Assembly (NCBI GenBank): GCA_963666975.2
Contig: CAXVYR010000003.1
Span: 224,001 to 288,000 of the forward strand
Direction of reading: 5' to 3'
DNA: 64,000 nucleotides
Origin: Terriglobia bacterium
Lineage (GTDB): Bacteria > Acidobacteriota > Terriglobia > 2-12-FULL-54-10
Both the position numbers and the translations under genes were made by a program. Below are positions 27,957-39,227 of the stretch, one piece after another. Numbering within the stretch: position 1 is the first letter of the stretch; the number at the start of each line of letters is the position of its first letter. Under the pieces are notes generated by a model, which ran no database searches, was not told where the DNA came from, and saw nothing but the letters and a program-made list of their open reading frames with translations.

Positions 27957-28487
27957 TTATAACTCTTCAATAGTAACGCTGTCGTTAGTAAAAATGCAGG
28001 ATTTTCCGGCTATCGCCATCGCCTCGGCCACGACTTCCCGGGCGGAAAACTGCGTATGAAGCATCAGGGCGCGGGCCGCAGCCAGCGCCACCGGCCCCCC
28101 GGAGCCGATAGCGGTCATCCCGTCGTCCGGCTCGATCAAGTCGCCCTGCCCGCTGAGCAGGAACATATTTTTTTCATCCGACACCAGGAGCAGGGCTTCC
28201 AAATGCCGCAAAGCGCGGTCGGTGCGCCAGTCCTTGGCCAGCTCTACGGCGGCGCGGCTCAGGTTTCCGTTGAACTGCTCGAGCTTGGTCTCGAAACGCG
28301 AGAACAGGGAGAAGGCGTCGGCGGTGGACCCGGCGAAGCCGGCCATGATTTTGTTGTTATAGAGGCGGCGGATTTTTTTGGCCGTGTGTTTAATCACGTT
28401 TTCGCCCAGCGTCACCTGGCCGTCGCCTCCCATGACGACTTTATCGTTCCGCCTGACGCACAAGATGGTGGTTGACCGGACCTGCAT
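27957..28487 (-). CDS. hslV: ATP-dependent protease peptidase subunit
   Basis: MQVRS-TTI (N-terminal Thr nucleophile), [15 protein letters not shown] and IGSGG. Confidence 0.97.
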   Translation of the reverse strand: MQVRSTTILCVRRNDKVVMGGDGQVTLGENVIKHTAKKIRRLYNNKIMAGFAGSTADAFSLFSRFETKLEQFNGNLSRAAVELAKDWRTDRALRHLEALLLVSDEKNMFLLSGQGDLIEPDDGMTAIGSGGPVALAAARALMLHTQFSAREVVAEAMAIAGKSCIFTNDSVTIEEL

Positions 28488-28642
28488 ATTTTTCTCTCGT
28501 CGGAAGCAAAAAGCAGTATAGCAGAAATCAAACCGGCGCAAGACCGCAGCCGCCGGACGGCGGTTCAGTTGGTATAAGGAGGATCCTTTCGGGAGAGGGT
28601 AAAATAGGAATCGAAAATTTGGTTTACATGAGTGGAGAAGCC

Positions 28643-30754
28643 ATGCGTCGTTTCTGGGACAGGATTGTTTTTGATGACCTAAATCGCTGGCCGTTCTTTG
28701 CGGTTGTCTTCCTGATTGCTGTCGTCTACTTTTTTTCAATCTTTGATCTTGCATTCATCACAAAAGGGAACTATTGGTTATCGAACCGTGGTGATGCGGG
28801 CCAGCATTTAGTCGGCTTCCTCCATTTCGTCCGGGACGAGTGGCGCTTCCCTCTGTTCCAAACACAAACCCTGGGATATCCGCACGGCACAAACATTATT
28901 TTTACCGACAGTATTCCTCTTTTAGCGCTCCTCTTCAAAATTCTGGCGCCGATCATCCCGGATGGATTCCATCCGTTCGGTCTATGGATTTTCGTCTGTT
29001 ACCTCCTGCTCGCCCATGCTTTCAGCTCTTTGTTGTATCACTTTGGCCATCGCAGCTTGATTGCCGCCCTTGCAAGTGGGCTGTTCGCGGTCATGACGCC
29101 GTTTTTTATGGAACGCCTGCTGCGGCCGCACGCAGCCCTGTGCGGCCAATTTCTGGTTGTTTATGCGTTACTCCTGTACTTCAAAGTCGCTGACGGGCAA
29201 AAACAGCGCCGTACCTTCGTTTTATTCACGCTCTTGTTGGCCGTCGCACTGCTGATTCATGTATATCTCTTCGCCATGGTGGCGGCCATTTACTGCTGTG
29301 CCGTGGTAAACGCGGCGATCCATCCTGGCCGCTCGTGGCGTGACCTCGGCGTCGGTATCCTGGGAACGGCTGCGGCAGTGGCTGCCACAATTCTGGTTGC
29401 CGGTCACGTGTCACAGTCGATGTACCTAACGGCCTCGTTGGGCTTCGGCCATTATTCGATGAACCTATTGGCGCCTGTGGCGTCACCCCATCACAGCTTT
29501 CTCTATTACAGAAGCCTGGATGCTACTGGGGGGCAATTCGATGGATTCAACTATTGGGGTATCGGCATTATCCTGTTGCTGTGTGCAGGAATGCCTGTTT
29601 TGTTGAAGAACTGCCGCATGCTGCTCAACCGCCGGTTGTGGCCGCTGACGCTCGGCTTGCTGGCTCTTACCCTCTTTGCTCTATCAAATCAAGTTTACTT
29701 AGGACACCAGCGGATACTGTCCTTCGATTTGCCGGGACCGTTGTTCTCCCTTGCCGACCAGTTTCGCAGCAGCGGCCGATTCTTCTGGGTGGTGTCCTAT
29801 GCGGTAATGGCACTAGCGGTTTGTAGTGGCCTAAGCGTCCGGCGGCGCTGGGCGGCTGCGGTTCTGGTAATAGCCGCTGTGGGATTGCAATTGGCTGACA
29901 CCGGGTCGATGCGCAATGGCCTGCGACAGGTTGCCAACGTCGGCGAGGAGCGCCCGGTTGCCGAAGAGAGATGGAACCCTATCCTCAGTGTGCATCAGTT
30001 GGTCGTGCTGCTGCCGCCAACCCAATGTGGGGGCTCTCGCAACCAATATACAGAAATCGGCCGCATTGCAGCCGAATCCGGGGTCGCCTTCCACAGCGTT
30101 TGGGCCGGGCGTTATAATATGGCTTCACTTGAATCTTGCCGCGCGTTGAATAAAGATGTGCTCGACAATGGCTTCCGGCCCGGCGTGCTCTACCTCGTCG
30201 ACACCAAAGCATTACGCTCCTTTCGCCAGCGACCGGAACTGAAGAAATTTTGCAGCCAGTTGGAGGGACGCACCCTCTGCACGCTCCAGCGCGCCGAGCT
30301 AAACCTGCCGCCGCTTGCCCAGGACAGCGGACTCGCTCTCTGGCCTTCCGATACGACGCGGTTCAGCGCGTTAGAGCTGGCCGACTTCCTTGGCATCGGC
30401 TGGAGCTACATGGAAAGGAGCGGGGTGTGGTCTCTCGGTTACCAGTCGGAACTCTTCTTTCGCCTGCCATCCTGTGCGGACGCTACAAGCCTGCGCGTAA
30501 AAATTCTCCCATTCGTCGGGCACGAAGGGCAGACGGTCACTCTATCGGCCAACGGTGGTGAACCAGTGATCCGCCACTACAGCGAACCCAATACCGAGAA
30601 CCTCGTGATACCGATCGGCACCTGTGACACGGATGACCCAATCATTGCCATTACGTTTTTGGTAGACAAGCCGGTGTCCACGTTGGAAACCGGAGAAAGC
30701 GGCGATGCACGCCCGCTCGGTCTTCATCTCATGGAAGCAGAGTTACTGCAGTAA
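28643..30754 (+). CDS. Polytopic membrane protein (DUF6311-like, possible GT-C glycosyltransferase)
   Basis: '[26 protein letters not shown]', 'FDGFNYWG' and 'FRSSGRFFW'. Many TM helices and a C-terminal extracytoplasmic domain. Confidence 0.7.
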   Translation: MRRFWDRIVFDDLNRWPFFAVVFLIAVVYFFSIFDLAFITKGNYWLSNRGDAGQHLVGFLHFVRDEWRFPLFQTQTLGYPHGTNIIFTDSIPLLALLFKILAPIIPDGFHPFGLWIFVCYLLLAHAFSSLLYHFGHRSLIAALASGLFAVMTPFFMERLLRPHAALCGQFLVVYALLLYFKVADGQKQRRTFVLFTLLLAVALLIHVYLFAMVAAIYCCAVVNAAIHPGRSWRDLGVGILGTAAAVAATILVAGHVSQSMYLTASLGFGHYSMNLLAPVASPHHSFLYYRSLDATGGQFDGFNYWGIGIILLLCAGMPVLLKNCRMLLNRRLWPLTLGLLALTLFALSNQVYLGHQRILSFDLPGPLFSLADQFRSSGRFFWVVSYAVMALAVCSGLSVRRRWAAAVLVIAAVGLQLADTGSMRNGLRQVANVGEERPVAEERWNPILSVHQLVVLLPPTQCGGSRNQYTEIGRIAAESGVAFHSVWAGRYNMASLESCRALNKDVLDNGFRPGVLYLVDTKALRSFRQRPELKKFCSQLEGRTLCTLQRAELNLPPLAQDSGLALWPSDTTRFSALELADFLGIGWSYMERSGVWSLGYQSELFFRLPSCADATSLRVKILPFVGHEGQTVTLSANGGEPVIRHYSEPNTENLVIPIGTCDTDDPIIAITFLVDKPVSTLETGESGDARPLGLHLMEAELLQ

Positions 30755-30775
30755 CGGCTCTCGTGCCAGAATTAG

Positions 30776-32800
30776 GTGAGTTTCCTTGACGCCGCTCTTC
30801 GCGCTGGGCTATTATCGTTAAATAGCGGTCATGAAGGGGGTTCTCTGTTGAGAAGCAATGTTTTCGGATGGCCCGGATGGTCCAGATGGAAAGTCGCTTT
30901 GTGGCTGTCTTTCTTGACGACTCTCCTCCTGGTATCGAGCCAGTCTCAGCCGGTACGGGCGCAAGTCGCCGCCCCGGTCGCCGCAGAAGTTTCCAAAGAT
31001 AACGCTCCGCAGACTTCCATATTTCCCCTTGCCGATATTCGGCCCGGCATGAGGGGAATCGGCAAAACCGTTTTCTTAGGCTACAAAGTCGAGGAGTTCC
31101 AAGTGGAAATCCTGGGAGTCCTCAAGAACGTGGCCCCGCGACAGAGCATGATTCTCGCACGCCTGTCGGGAGGGCCGCTCGAAAGAACCGGCGTCATGGC
31201 CGGCATGAGCGGCAGCCCGGTTTATATCGACGGGAAGTTGGTGGGCGCGGTCGCATCCGGCTTTCAGTTTTCCAAGGAGCCGATTGCCGGCATCACTCCC
31301 ATGGAGCAGATGTTCGATGCCTTCGAGGGTGTTTCTGAAGCACCGCAGCAAGAGACAACACAGATCGCAGAAGCCGGGCAGATCGCATGGACCTTTGAGC
31401 CCGGCATCGAGAGAGGCGACGATCTTCGCTTGATTCCCTCAGGCGAGCCGGACTGGATGCCGCCCTTCCGAAGCGAGCCGAGCCGTGTCTTCTGGGGCGG
31501 GGCGGAAACATCGATGGTGCACATCGCCACGCCGCTGATGCTCTCCGGATTCACCGCAGAGGCCATGGAGCACTTCCAGCCGCAACTCCGCTCTCTGGGG
31601 CTGATTCCCACGCAGGGGGGCAGCGGCGGGTCACAAGACGACAGCGCCATGGGCGACCTTTCCCGCTTGCAGCCCGGCTCCATGATCAGCGTGCAATTGG
31701 TGCGCGGCGACATGGGCGTGAACGCCGACGGCACCGTCACGCACGTGGAGCAAGACCGCGTGTACGCCTTCGGGCACCGGCTGCTGGCGGCGGGTCCCAT
31801 CGAAATTCCTTTCTCGGAGTCGCGAGTCATCACCCCGCTGGCGGGTTACGCCATCTCCATGAAGCTCTCCACGCCGGGCCGGTTGCTCGGCGTCATCCGG
31901 CAAGACCGCAGTTCCGGAATTTTCGGCCGCTTGGGGGAAACAGCCCGCATGATCCCCATTGAGTTCGAGATGGTTTCGGGCAACCGAACCACGCGCTCCT
32001 ACCGGTTTGAAGTGGTCAACGACCGCTTTCTGCTGCCGTTGCTGATGAACATGACCATATTCTCGGCCATCGGCTCCACGGAACGCATGGTGGGCGAATC
32101 CACATTCCAGGTGGAGCAGACCATCTCGCTCGACGGGCTTCCGGATGTGAAGCTCGAAAATTATTTCAGCGGCATTGCCAACGGCGCCATCCGGGCCGCC
32201 CAATCTGCCACCGCTCCGCTGGTCTATCTGATGCAGAGCGGATTGGGGAAAACGGATATCCAGAAGGTCCACCTCCGGGTTACCTCCACGGACCGCCAGA
32301 TGACTCAGACGCTGGATCAGGTTTGGGTGGACCGGCGGGAGGTCAAGGCAGGCGAGAAGATGGAAGTGACCGCTCTGCTCCACTCCCAGAATGGGGAGGA
32401 GACGGTGCAAAAGGCGTGGGTGGAAGTTCCGGCCAGCCTGACGCCGGGCCCGCTGACCATTACCGTGGCCGATGGAAGTTCCCTGGACCGGCGGGAGGCG
32501 TTGCGGGGAGGCAGGCGGGTTCTGCCTAAAAATCCGGAGCAACTGGTCCGGGCCATTAACAAGTCACGCCGGAACAACCGGCTGTATGTGCGTCTGGAGC
32601 GGCGCGAGACAGGGTTTGTTCTCCAAGGGGAGACCTTTCCTTCCCCTCCGCCCTCGGTCGTGCGCGTTTTTTCCACCGATCCTTCACTCGGCACAACCAT
32701 CGCCCCGACCGGCCTGTCCACTGTGGCCGACTATGAGCTCGATTCCTTGCCCTCCGTCTTAACCGGGTACAAGAGAATTGCAGTGACCGTAACAAATTGA
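30776..32800 (+). CDS. SpoIVB-type peptidase S55 domain protein
   Basis: GVMAGMSGSPVYIDGKLVGAV and AFGH. Signal peptide; start uncertain. Confidence 0.85.
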   Translation: MSFLDAALRAGLLSLNSGHEGGSLLRSNVFGWPGWSRWKVALWLSFLTTLLLVSSQSQPVRAQVAAPVAAEVSKDNAPQTSIFPLADIRPGMRGIGKTVFLGYKVEEFQVEILGVLKNVAPRQSMILARLSGGPLERTGVMAGMSGSPVYIDGKLVGAVASGFQFSKEPIAGITPMEQMFDAFEGVSEAPQQETTQIAEAGQIAWTFEPGIERGDDLRLIPSGEPDWMPPFRSEPSRVFWGGAETSMVHIATPLMLSGFTAEAMEHFQPQLRSLGLIPTQGGSGGSQDDSAMGDLSRLQPGSMISVQLVRGDMGVNADGTVTHVEQDRVYAFGHRLLAAGPIEIPFSESRVITPLAGYAISMKLSTPGRLLGVIRQDRSSGIFGRLGETARMIPIEFEMVSGNRTTRSYRFEVVNDRFLLPLLMNMTIFSAIGSTERMVGESTFQVEQTISLDGLPDVKLENYFSGIANGAIRAAQSATAPLVYLMQSGLGKTDIQKVHLRVTSTDRQMTQTLDQVWVDRREVKAGEKMEVTALLHSQNGEETVQKAWVEVPASLTPGPLTITVADGSSLDRREALRGGRRVLPKNPEQLVRAINKSRRNNRLYVRLERRETGFVLQGETFPSPPPSVVRVFSTDPSLGTTIAPTGLSTVADYELDSLPSVLTGYKRIAVTVTN

Positions 32801-32828
32801 ATAACGATTGAATGATTGAACGATTGCA

Positions 32829-35291
32829 GTGATTTTTATGATGTTCCCCAGCAAATATCCGGACCGCGTTTCCACCCGCCGCAGACGGATGGGCAGTCTT
32901 TTCTTCCGGCGGCAGGCAGGGCGTGACGCGGCAAAGTTAGTAGCACAGTTCGTAGCGAGGTCAGCCGAGACGGCCCGAGAGACGGCCCAAGAGACGGCCA
33001 GGATGCTCAGGAATGCGGTTGTCTTGAATGCGGTTATCCTAGCGTTGCTAGTTAGCTCCTGGGCGTGGGCCGTCAATACGCAATTCTGGTCGAGCGCGAC
33101 CTTTGAAGATTTTGAGCGCGGCAATCTGGACGGAGTTTCCCTGAGCCGGGAGGGCCGCATGACGCTGGCCCCCAAACTGGAGGAGCTGTTCAGCACGGAT
33201 CAGGCAATGATCTGGGCGGTGGCGCAGGACAAACAGGGAAATGTTTATCTGGGCACAGGGCACAGCGGCAAAGTCTTTCGGATGGGCCCGGAGCTGGAGG
33301 GTTCTCTGTTCTACGACGCTCCCGAGCCGGATATCTTTGCGATGGCTGTGGACAACGACGGGCGGCTGTATGTGGGGACATCCCCGGACGGCAAGGTCTA
33401 CCAGGTAGACTCCTCCGGCGAGGGACGGGAGTTTTTTGACCCGGAGTCCAAATATATTTGGTCTCTCGCGTTTGCCGCCGATGGCGCGCTGTACGTGGGT
33501 ACGGGAGACCGCGGAAAGATCTATCGCGTCCCCGCCAGCGGCGAGGGCGAGCTGTATTATGACACCCAGCAGAATCACATCATGAGCTTGGCCGTGACTC
33601 CGGACAACGAATTGATCGCCGGCACAGAACCGAACGGCCTGCTCTACCGGGTGTCGGGGCCGGGGAAAGCTTTTGTGCTCTATGACTCTCCTATTACGGA
33701 GATTCACAGCGTCGCGGTTTCCCCCGATGGCGACATATTTGCCTCGGCCATGGGACGTCCCGGCCGGGGCGGCTTACGCCAGCTTGGCGCTCCCGTTCGG
33801 GGCGGGCAAACTCCGGTGCGAACTGCAACAACCATCACCGTCCGAGCTGCCGACGAGCCGGGACTTCCCCCAGGCGGGGCGGAAGAAGGACCGGGCCAGC
33901 CGGGAGATCCTAGCAGGCCGGGAAATCAACTGCCGGGGCAGACCGCGGTTCGTACGACGGGCGGCCTTCCCCGGGCGCAAAACCGGCGAACTACCCGAAG
34001 CGCTCTGTACCGGGTTCTGCCGGGCGGCGGTGTGGATACGCTCTGGGATTCGCGGCGCGAAAATATCTTTGACTTGTTGCCCGCCGGAGAAAAGCTCCTG
34101 TTTTCCACCGATCAAAAAGGGCGTATCTATGAGCTGACACTGGACCGGCAGCTTTCCCTTTTGGCGCAGACCGACCAGGAGCAGACCACTCGTTTGATTC
34201 CCTACAAAGATTTTGTGCTGGTGACCACCGCCAATCTGGGGAAAGTGTTTCGGCTGGGGACAAAACCAGCCGCCACCGGTTCATTCGAGTCCGAAGTCCG
34301 GGATGCAGGCAGCATCGCCCGTTGGGGCCAGATCAGTTGGAGCGCCGAGCTGCCTCCGGGATCGTCGCTGGAGCTGCTCACCCGGAGCGGCAATTCCCTC
34401 AAGCCCGACTCCACTTGGAGCGATTGGTCGCAGTCTTACCGGCAGGCAGAGGGGGAAAAGATAAGCAGTCCCCCAGCACGATATATGCAATGGAAGGCCG
34501 TGTTCCGCGCTGCAGCCAGCCGTGCCCCTGTTCTCTCGGAAGTAACCCTGGCCTATTTGCCCCAGAACCGGGCTCCGGTAATGACCGAGGTGAAGGTAAT
34601 CCCTCGTGGCGGCAGTGCCCCGTCAAGACCCACGCCGGCCAATTTAGCTGCGGCCAGGTCCATTCAGAACCTGACATCTGGCCGGGCGGCTTCTTCGCCC
34701 AGTACTTCCTCCCGGCGGGCTTCGGGGCAACAGGGATTGAACATGACATGGCTGGCGAATGACCCGGACCGCGATGAGCTTGCCTATGAACTGTACTTCC
34801 GAGGCGAGGGAGAAGCAGAGTGGAAGCCGCTGGCAAAGGACTTAAAACAGAATTACTTTCAACTGCAGAAAGATGCTCTTCCGGACGGCAAGTACCGGCT
34901 CAAGGTGAAGGCTTCCGATGCCGGAGTGAATCCGCAGGGGATGGCAAAGACGGCGGAGCGGATCAGTTCTCCCTTTCTGGTGGATGGCACGCCGCCCCAG
35001 GTGCAGGTTCAGCAGACCTCCCGCACAGGCCATTCTGCAACCGCCCGGTTTCGTGCCCTGGACCAGGCAAGCGTTCTTACACGGGCCGAGTATGCTGTGG
35101 ATGCCGAGCCGCCGCGGCCCTTATTCTCCGGCGATGGAATTGTCGATTCCAAACAAGAAACGTTCCTAGTGGAGATCGACGACATGGCGGCCGGGGAGCA
35201 TTTGATTACCTTGCGGGTCTACGATTCGGCCGGTAACGTTGGGGTGGGTAAGGCTCTGTTGCCTGCCAGCAATGCCGGGGGCGAGCAGTAA
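32829..35291 (+). CDS. Secreted beta-propeller/FN3 protein
   Basis: Repeated 'LYVGTxxxGKVY' blades and C-terminal Ig/FN3-like domains. The true start is probably near 33003. Confidence 0.75.
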   Translation: MIFMMFPSKYPDRVSTRRRRMGSLFFRRQAGRDAAKLVAQFVARSAETARETAQETARMLRNAVVLNAVILALLVSSWAWAVNTQFWSSATFEDFERGNLDGVSLSREGRMTLAPKLEELFSTDQAMIWAVAQDKQGNVYLGTGHSGKVFRMGPELEGSLFYDAPEPDIFAMAVDNDGRLYVGTSPDGKVYQVDSSGEGREFFDPESKYIWSLAFAADGALYVGTGDRGKIYRVPASGEGELYYDTQQNHIMSLAVTPDNELIAGTEPNGLLYRVSGPGKAFVLYDSPITEIHSVAVSPDGDIFASAMGRPGRGGLRQLGAPVRGGQTPVRTATTITVRAADEPGLPPGGAEEGPGQPGDPSRPGNQLPGQTAVRTTGGLPRAQNRRTTRSALYRVLPGGGVDTLWDSRRENIFDLLPAGEKLLFSTDQKGRIYELTLDRQLSLLAQTDQEQTTRLIPYKDFVLVTTANLGKVFRLGTKPAATGSFESEVRDAGSIARWGQISWSAELPPGSSLELLTRSGNSLKPDSTWSDWSQSYRQAEGEKISSPPARYMQWKAVFRAAASRAPVLSEVTLAYLPQNRAPVMTEVKVIPRGGSAPSRPTPANLAAARSIQNLTSGRAASSPSTSSRRASGQQGLNMTWLANDPDRDELAYELYFRGEGEAEWKPLAKDLKQNYFQLQKDALPDGKYRLKVKASDAGVNPQGMAKTAERISSPFLVDGTPPQVQVQQTSRTGHSATARFRALDQASVLTRAEYAVDAEPPRPLFSGDGIVDSKQETFLVEIDDMAAGEHLITLRVYDSAGNVGVGKALLPASNAGGEQ

Positions 35292-35481
35292 GTTGTTTAT
35301 TTTGAATAAAATAAATTTACTGAAGGGCAGCCTCATGGAGGAGCTTCCTGATTGGAGTGTTCCCGAGGCGCGGCCTGTTGATTTTTTTGCAGTTATTGCA
35401 GTTAATTGCGATTCCCATGCAACTTCAGGGAATATTTCCCGCATCTGAGCTAATGAGAGCAGGTGCGATTCGTAGAGCGAT

Positions 35482-36087
35482 TTGAATTCGAGCCCCTACG
35501 ATATTCCCAAAAGCTCGGAAGCTGAGGCGATTGAGCAGGCCAAGAATGGAAATGCCGACGCCTTTGAGCTTCTTTATAATGCCCACAAGCGCAGGGTTTA
35601 TTCGCTTTGTTTACGGATGATAGGGAATACGGCCGAAGCCGAGGATCTAACACAGGAAGTGTTTCTCCAGTTGTTCCGGAAGATCGGCACCTTCCGGGCC
35701 GAGGCGGCGTTTTCCACCTGGGTCCATCGTTTGACCGTCAATATGGTGTTGATGCGGCTCCGCAAGAAAAAGCTCGTGACCGCATCGCTGGAGGATATAT
35801 CCGGCCGGGATACAGAGAACGTTTCCAGCTACGATCCGGGAGCGGCCGATCCGGTGCTGGCCGGGTCGGTGGATCGCCTCAACCTGGAAAGGGCGATGCA
35901 GGCCTTGCCGGCCGGCTATCGGCTGATCTTCCAGCTTCACGACGTGGAAGGGTACGAGCATCAGGAAATTTCCAGCATGGTCGGATGCTCGGTCGGCAAT
36001 TCCAAGTCGCAACTGCACAAAGCCAGGATGAGGCTGCGCGAGCTGTTACAGGGGAAACCCTCTCCAACTCCCAAGAGCCCTCGGTGA
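35482..36087 (+). CDS. ECF RNA polymerase sigma factor
   Basis: AEDLTQEVF, FSTWVHRL, LHDVEGYEHQEI and SKSQLHKAR. Confidence 0.95.
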   Translation: MNSSPYDIPKSSEAEAIEQAKNGNADAFELLYNAHKRRVYSLCLRMIGNTAEAEDLTQEVFLQLFRKIGTFRAEAAFSTWVHRLTVNMVLMRLRKKKLVTASLEDISGRDTENVSSYDPGAADPVLAGSVDRLNLERAMQALPAGYRLIFQLHDVEGYEHQEISSMVGCSVGNSKSQLHKARMRLRELLQGKPSPTPKSPR

Positions 36088-36121
36088 AGCTGCTGTTTCA
36101 GCGGGGCGAGAGAGCTGCGTT

Positions 36122-36787
36122 ATGAACTGCGCGGAATTTGAACAACAGTTACAAGAAGTCGATCTATCCCCCCCGTCTCTATCCTCATCTGCCGGGATGG
36201 AAGCGCACCGCCAGGATTGCGCTGACTGCGCGAGCCTGATCGGCGATTTTGCCGACATCAGGCGGCAGGCCCGTCTGCTTCCGGAGGCAGAGCCCTCCGT
36301 GCAGGTGTGGCAGCGGATTCATCAGCAATTGCGGCAGGAGGGCCTGATCCAGGCCCCCGCACCCCTCCCGTTTTCTCCGGCGGCAAGGATAAGGATGGGG
36401 TGGTTCCCGCGCGTGCAGATGGGCATGGCCTACGCTGCCATGTTCCTGGTGGGGCTGGGCGTGGTCTATCTGTACAGTGTGGGCACGGCTACGCCGGATT
36501 TGTTCCGGGAGCCTCCAATCACAGTAGCTACAGTTCCAGCCATTCCGGTGGAACAGAGCCTTTCCGAGGAGAGTGACGAGCCCCTTTTGCATCTCATTGA
36601 GAAGGCTCCCCTGGAGAAGCGCGCCACCTACGCGACGAACCTCAACCGGGTAAACACTTCGATCCACCAGTTGAATGCCTTCCTGGCGGAGCATCCGGAG
36701 GACTGGTTTGCTCGCGAACAGCTTTTGAATGCCTATCAGCAAAAGGAACGGCTATGGAATACCTTGGTCAATTGGGAAGAGTTCTAA
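36122..36787 (+). CDS. Zinc-binding transmembrane anti-sigma factor
   Basis: MNC...HRQDCADC (HxxxCxxC), one TM helix, directly downstream of the ECF sigma gene. Confidence 0.8.
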   Translation: MNCAEFEQQLQEVDLSPPSLSSSAGMEAHRQDCADCASLIGDFADIRRQARLLPEAEPSVQVWQRIHQQLRQEGLIQAPAPLPFSPAARIRMGWFPRVQMGMAYAAMFLVGLGVVYLYSVGTATPDLFREPPITVATVPAIPVEQSLSEESDEPLLHLIEKAPLEKRATYATNLNRVNTSIHQLNAFLAEHPEDWFAREQLLNAYQQKERLWNTLVNWEEF

Positions 36788-36810
36788 GCCGGGCGGTTTT
36801 GGCGCCCGCC

Positions 36811-37695
36811 ATGCAAATGCCGCATACGGGGCAAACGCTGCGAATGCGGATGCCTGTTGCCGTCGTGGCAGCCGCTGTGCTCTGCTGGGGCATTCCGGCA
36901 ATCCAGGCTGAGCAGATCCAAAAGAACTTTCCCACCTCCGCTACTCCTTCTTTTCTCTTGCATAACCATACCGGCAGCATCTCGGTGAAAAGCTGGGAGC
37001 AAAACGAAATAGAAATCCGAGGTGAGAGCTTCTCCGATGACGTGGAGGTCATGATCGAGGGTGGATCGGAGAAGGTGAGCGTGCAGACACACCCCAAGCG
37101 GGAGGGAGTGCCGCCGCAGGAACTCAGGGTGGACTTTCAGATTCGTGTGCCCCGTCAGGCCACGGTGCGGCTCGATTGCGAGAGCGGAAGCCTCATCTCC
37201 GTGGAAGACCTGCAAGGAGACGTTTTCATTGAGGCGGTCAGCGGGCGTGTGGAATTGTCCCGGATTCAGGGAAGTATCGCCGTCCGCACAATGGACGCCC
37301 CCATCTTCATACGCGATTCCGACGGCCACATTGAAGCCCGGTCCATCAGCGGGGACTTGGAGTTTGTCGGGGTCAATGGCTCCCAGTTGGTCGGCAACAC
37401 CAATTCCGGCACCATCAGCTACGAAGGAGATTTCGGCTCCGGCGGCAATTACATTTTGAACAACCACAGCTCTTGGATCCGCATCCAGCCCTCCCGCCAG
37501 TCCAGTTTTGATTTGAAGGCCCGGGCGGTGGAAGGGGTCATCGAGAGCGATCTCTCTTTCAGTCCCACTCCGCTCGCCACCCCCTTCCGCCGCTTGTCTC
37601 CTCGCAAATTCATTCAGGGCCGCATCAATAGTGGCGAGTCTACCGTCACGATCACCTCGTTTAGTGGTACAATTCGGCTGCACCGTCCTCGGTGA
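36811..37695 (+). CDS. DUF4097/adhesin-like beta-strand repeat protein
   Basis: Signal peptide and repeated 'SG.i.i' units. Typical ECF operon partner. Confidence 0.75.
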   Translation: MQMPHTGQTLRMRMPVAVVAAAVLCWGIPAIQAEQIQKNFPTSATPSFLLHNHTGSISVKSWEQNEIEIRGESFSDDVEVMIEGGSEKVSVQTHPKREGVPPQELRVDFQIRVPRQATVRLDCESGSLISVEDLQGDVFIEAVSGRVELSRIQGSIAVRTMDAPIFIRDSDGHIEARSISGDLEFVGVNGSQLVGNTNSGTISYEGDFGSGGNYILNNHSSWIRIQPSRQSSFDLKARAVEGVIESDLSFSPTPLATPFRRLSPRKFIQGRINSGESTVTITSFSGTIRLHRPR

Positions 37696-37801
37696 GCGGC
37701 TGGCGTCTGCCGGAGAGCGCTTCTGCATCCCGCAGGAGTTGCTGTTTCCAGAGACTTGCCAGGCGGCGAATAGCGGGAGTGCCGCTCCATCCAAACAGGG
37801 A

Positions 37802-38365
37802 ATGACTTCTCTTTCTTCTCCTTCATCGATTGCGCAAAACGGAGTCTTTTTGGCTGGCTTCATGGGCTGCGGGAAGACCACGGTCGGTTTGCTTCTGTCA
37901 CGGAAGCTTGCCTGGAAATTCATTGATTTGGATGAACAGATCGAGCAAGCTGAAGGCGCGACCATTGCCGAAATTTTCGCGCGGGCGGGCGAAGCCGCCT
38001 TTCGCAAAAAGGAGCGAGAAGCTCTGGGGAGAATCTTGCAGGAAACTGCGCAGGCGAGCGGCCGCGTAGTGGCGCTGGGCGGAGGGACGTTTGCCCAGCC
38101 GCAAAACTTTGAAATGCTCGAACGCTGGGGAGCGACGACCATCTGGCTGGAATGCCCGGTGGAAGTGTTGTTGTTGCGTTGCGCCTTGATGACCCATCGC
38201 CCTTTATTCCGTGACGAGGCCAGCTTCCGACAACTGTACCAGGAGCGGTTGCCTTTCTATCAGCGAGCGACCTGCACGGTTCACGCCGGGCAAGCGGGCC
38301 CCGAGGAGGTAGTGAGCCAGATCCTGGCTGCGCCCGCCTTGAAGGGAGTGGTATGCCGAGGTTGA
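37802..38365 (+). CDS. aroK: Shikimate kinase
   Basis: GFMGCGKTT, DLD, GEAAFRKKE, ALGGG and RPL. Confidence 0.93.
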   Translation: MTSLSSPSSIAQNGVFLAGFMGCGKTTVGLLLSRKLAWKFIDLDEQIEQAEGATIAEIFARAGEAAFRKKEREALGRILQETAQASGRVVALGGGTFAQPQNFEMLERWGATTIWLECPVEVLLLRCALMTHRPLFRDEASFRQLYQERLPFYQRATCTVHAGQAGPEEVVSQILAAPALKGVVCRG

Positions 38366-39210
38366 AGCACGTCTTGTTCAGAAAAAGCCCGTTGGAAATT
38401 AGCCCGTCTGGAAAAGGTTGGCGCACGATTTCGGGAGACCATCCACGGCCTTCGACGGAACTTCGGGCTGTTAGTTGCTCGTTTCCATTGCTGCTGCTCT
38501 GGCTCGCGACCCTGGCGGCAGGCAGGATGCCGGTCGCCCATGCGGCTCAAGATGCCTCTAGCTCTACCGCTACCTCTATCTCCATCGCCACCTCCAACGC
38601 CACCGAGCAAGGCGTGTTTTCCATTCTTGCGGGAAACCGCAAAATCGGCACGGAGACATTCCAGATTGTTTCCTCCGCTTCCGGCTACGAAGCAACCGGC
38701 GAAATATCTCTGGCCGTCCCTGGAGGTTCCAGCCTGTCGGAAGGCTCCACTTTGCGGGTGGACTCGAACCTGCAGCCGGTCTCATACGACAGGCGACAGA
38801 AAGCCCCGCAACAGGGAAGCGTCACGGCGCGTTTCGGATCACCCGAAACGATGCTGGTTTCCGAGACGGAGGAGGGGTCTCAGAACCGCATCTTCTATCT
38901 TCCCGATACCGATCTGGTCGTATTAGACACGAATTTCTTTCACCACTACGCTTTTCTGCTGCGCCTGTACGACGATTCCAAACCCGGTCCGCAGCACTTC
39001 AACGTTTTTATCCCTCAAGAGGCGGCGCCGGGCACGATCAGCCTGTCGTTCCAGGGCAGGGAAGATCAAACCGCAGGGGGCGTCACCGCAGACTTGAATC
39101 ATTATCAGGTGGTGACCGATCAGATCACCATGGAGATTTGGGCCTCGCCGGATGCAAGGATTCACCGGATTATGATTCCCCAGGCGAATCTGGAAGTCGT
39201 ACGCCAATGA
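38353..39210 (+). CDS. Exported hypothetical protein
   Basis: Signal-like hydrophobic stretch and a beta-rich body. The start is probably downstream of the one shown. Confidence 0.6.
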   Translation: MPRLKHVLFRKSPLEISPSGKGWRTISGDHPRPSTELRAVSCSFPLLLLWLATLAAGRMPVAHAAQDASSSTATSISIATSNATEQGVFSILAGNRKIGTETFQIVSSASGYEATGEISLAVPGGSSLSEGSTLRVDSNLQPVSYDRRQKAPQQGSVTARFGSPETMLVSETEEGSQNRIFYLPDTDLVVLDTNFFHHYAFLLRLYDDSKPGPQHFNVFIPQEAAPGTISLSFQGREDQTAGGVTADLNHYQVVTDQITMEIWASPDARIHRIMIPQANLEVVRQ

Positions 39211-39227
39211 GAGGCTGCACGCAAACC

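Noticed and set aside
35419-35448. Autoregulatory ECF promoter (GCAACTT...GCATCTGA)
   Set aside because: It is plausible, but the spacing and group consensus cannot be verified by eye.
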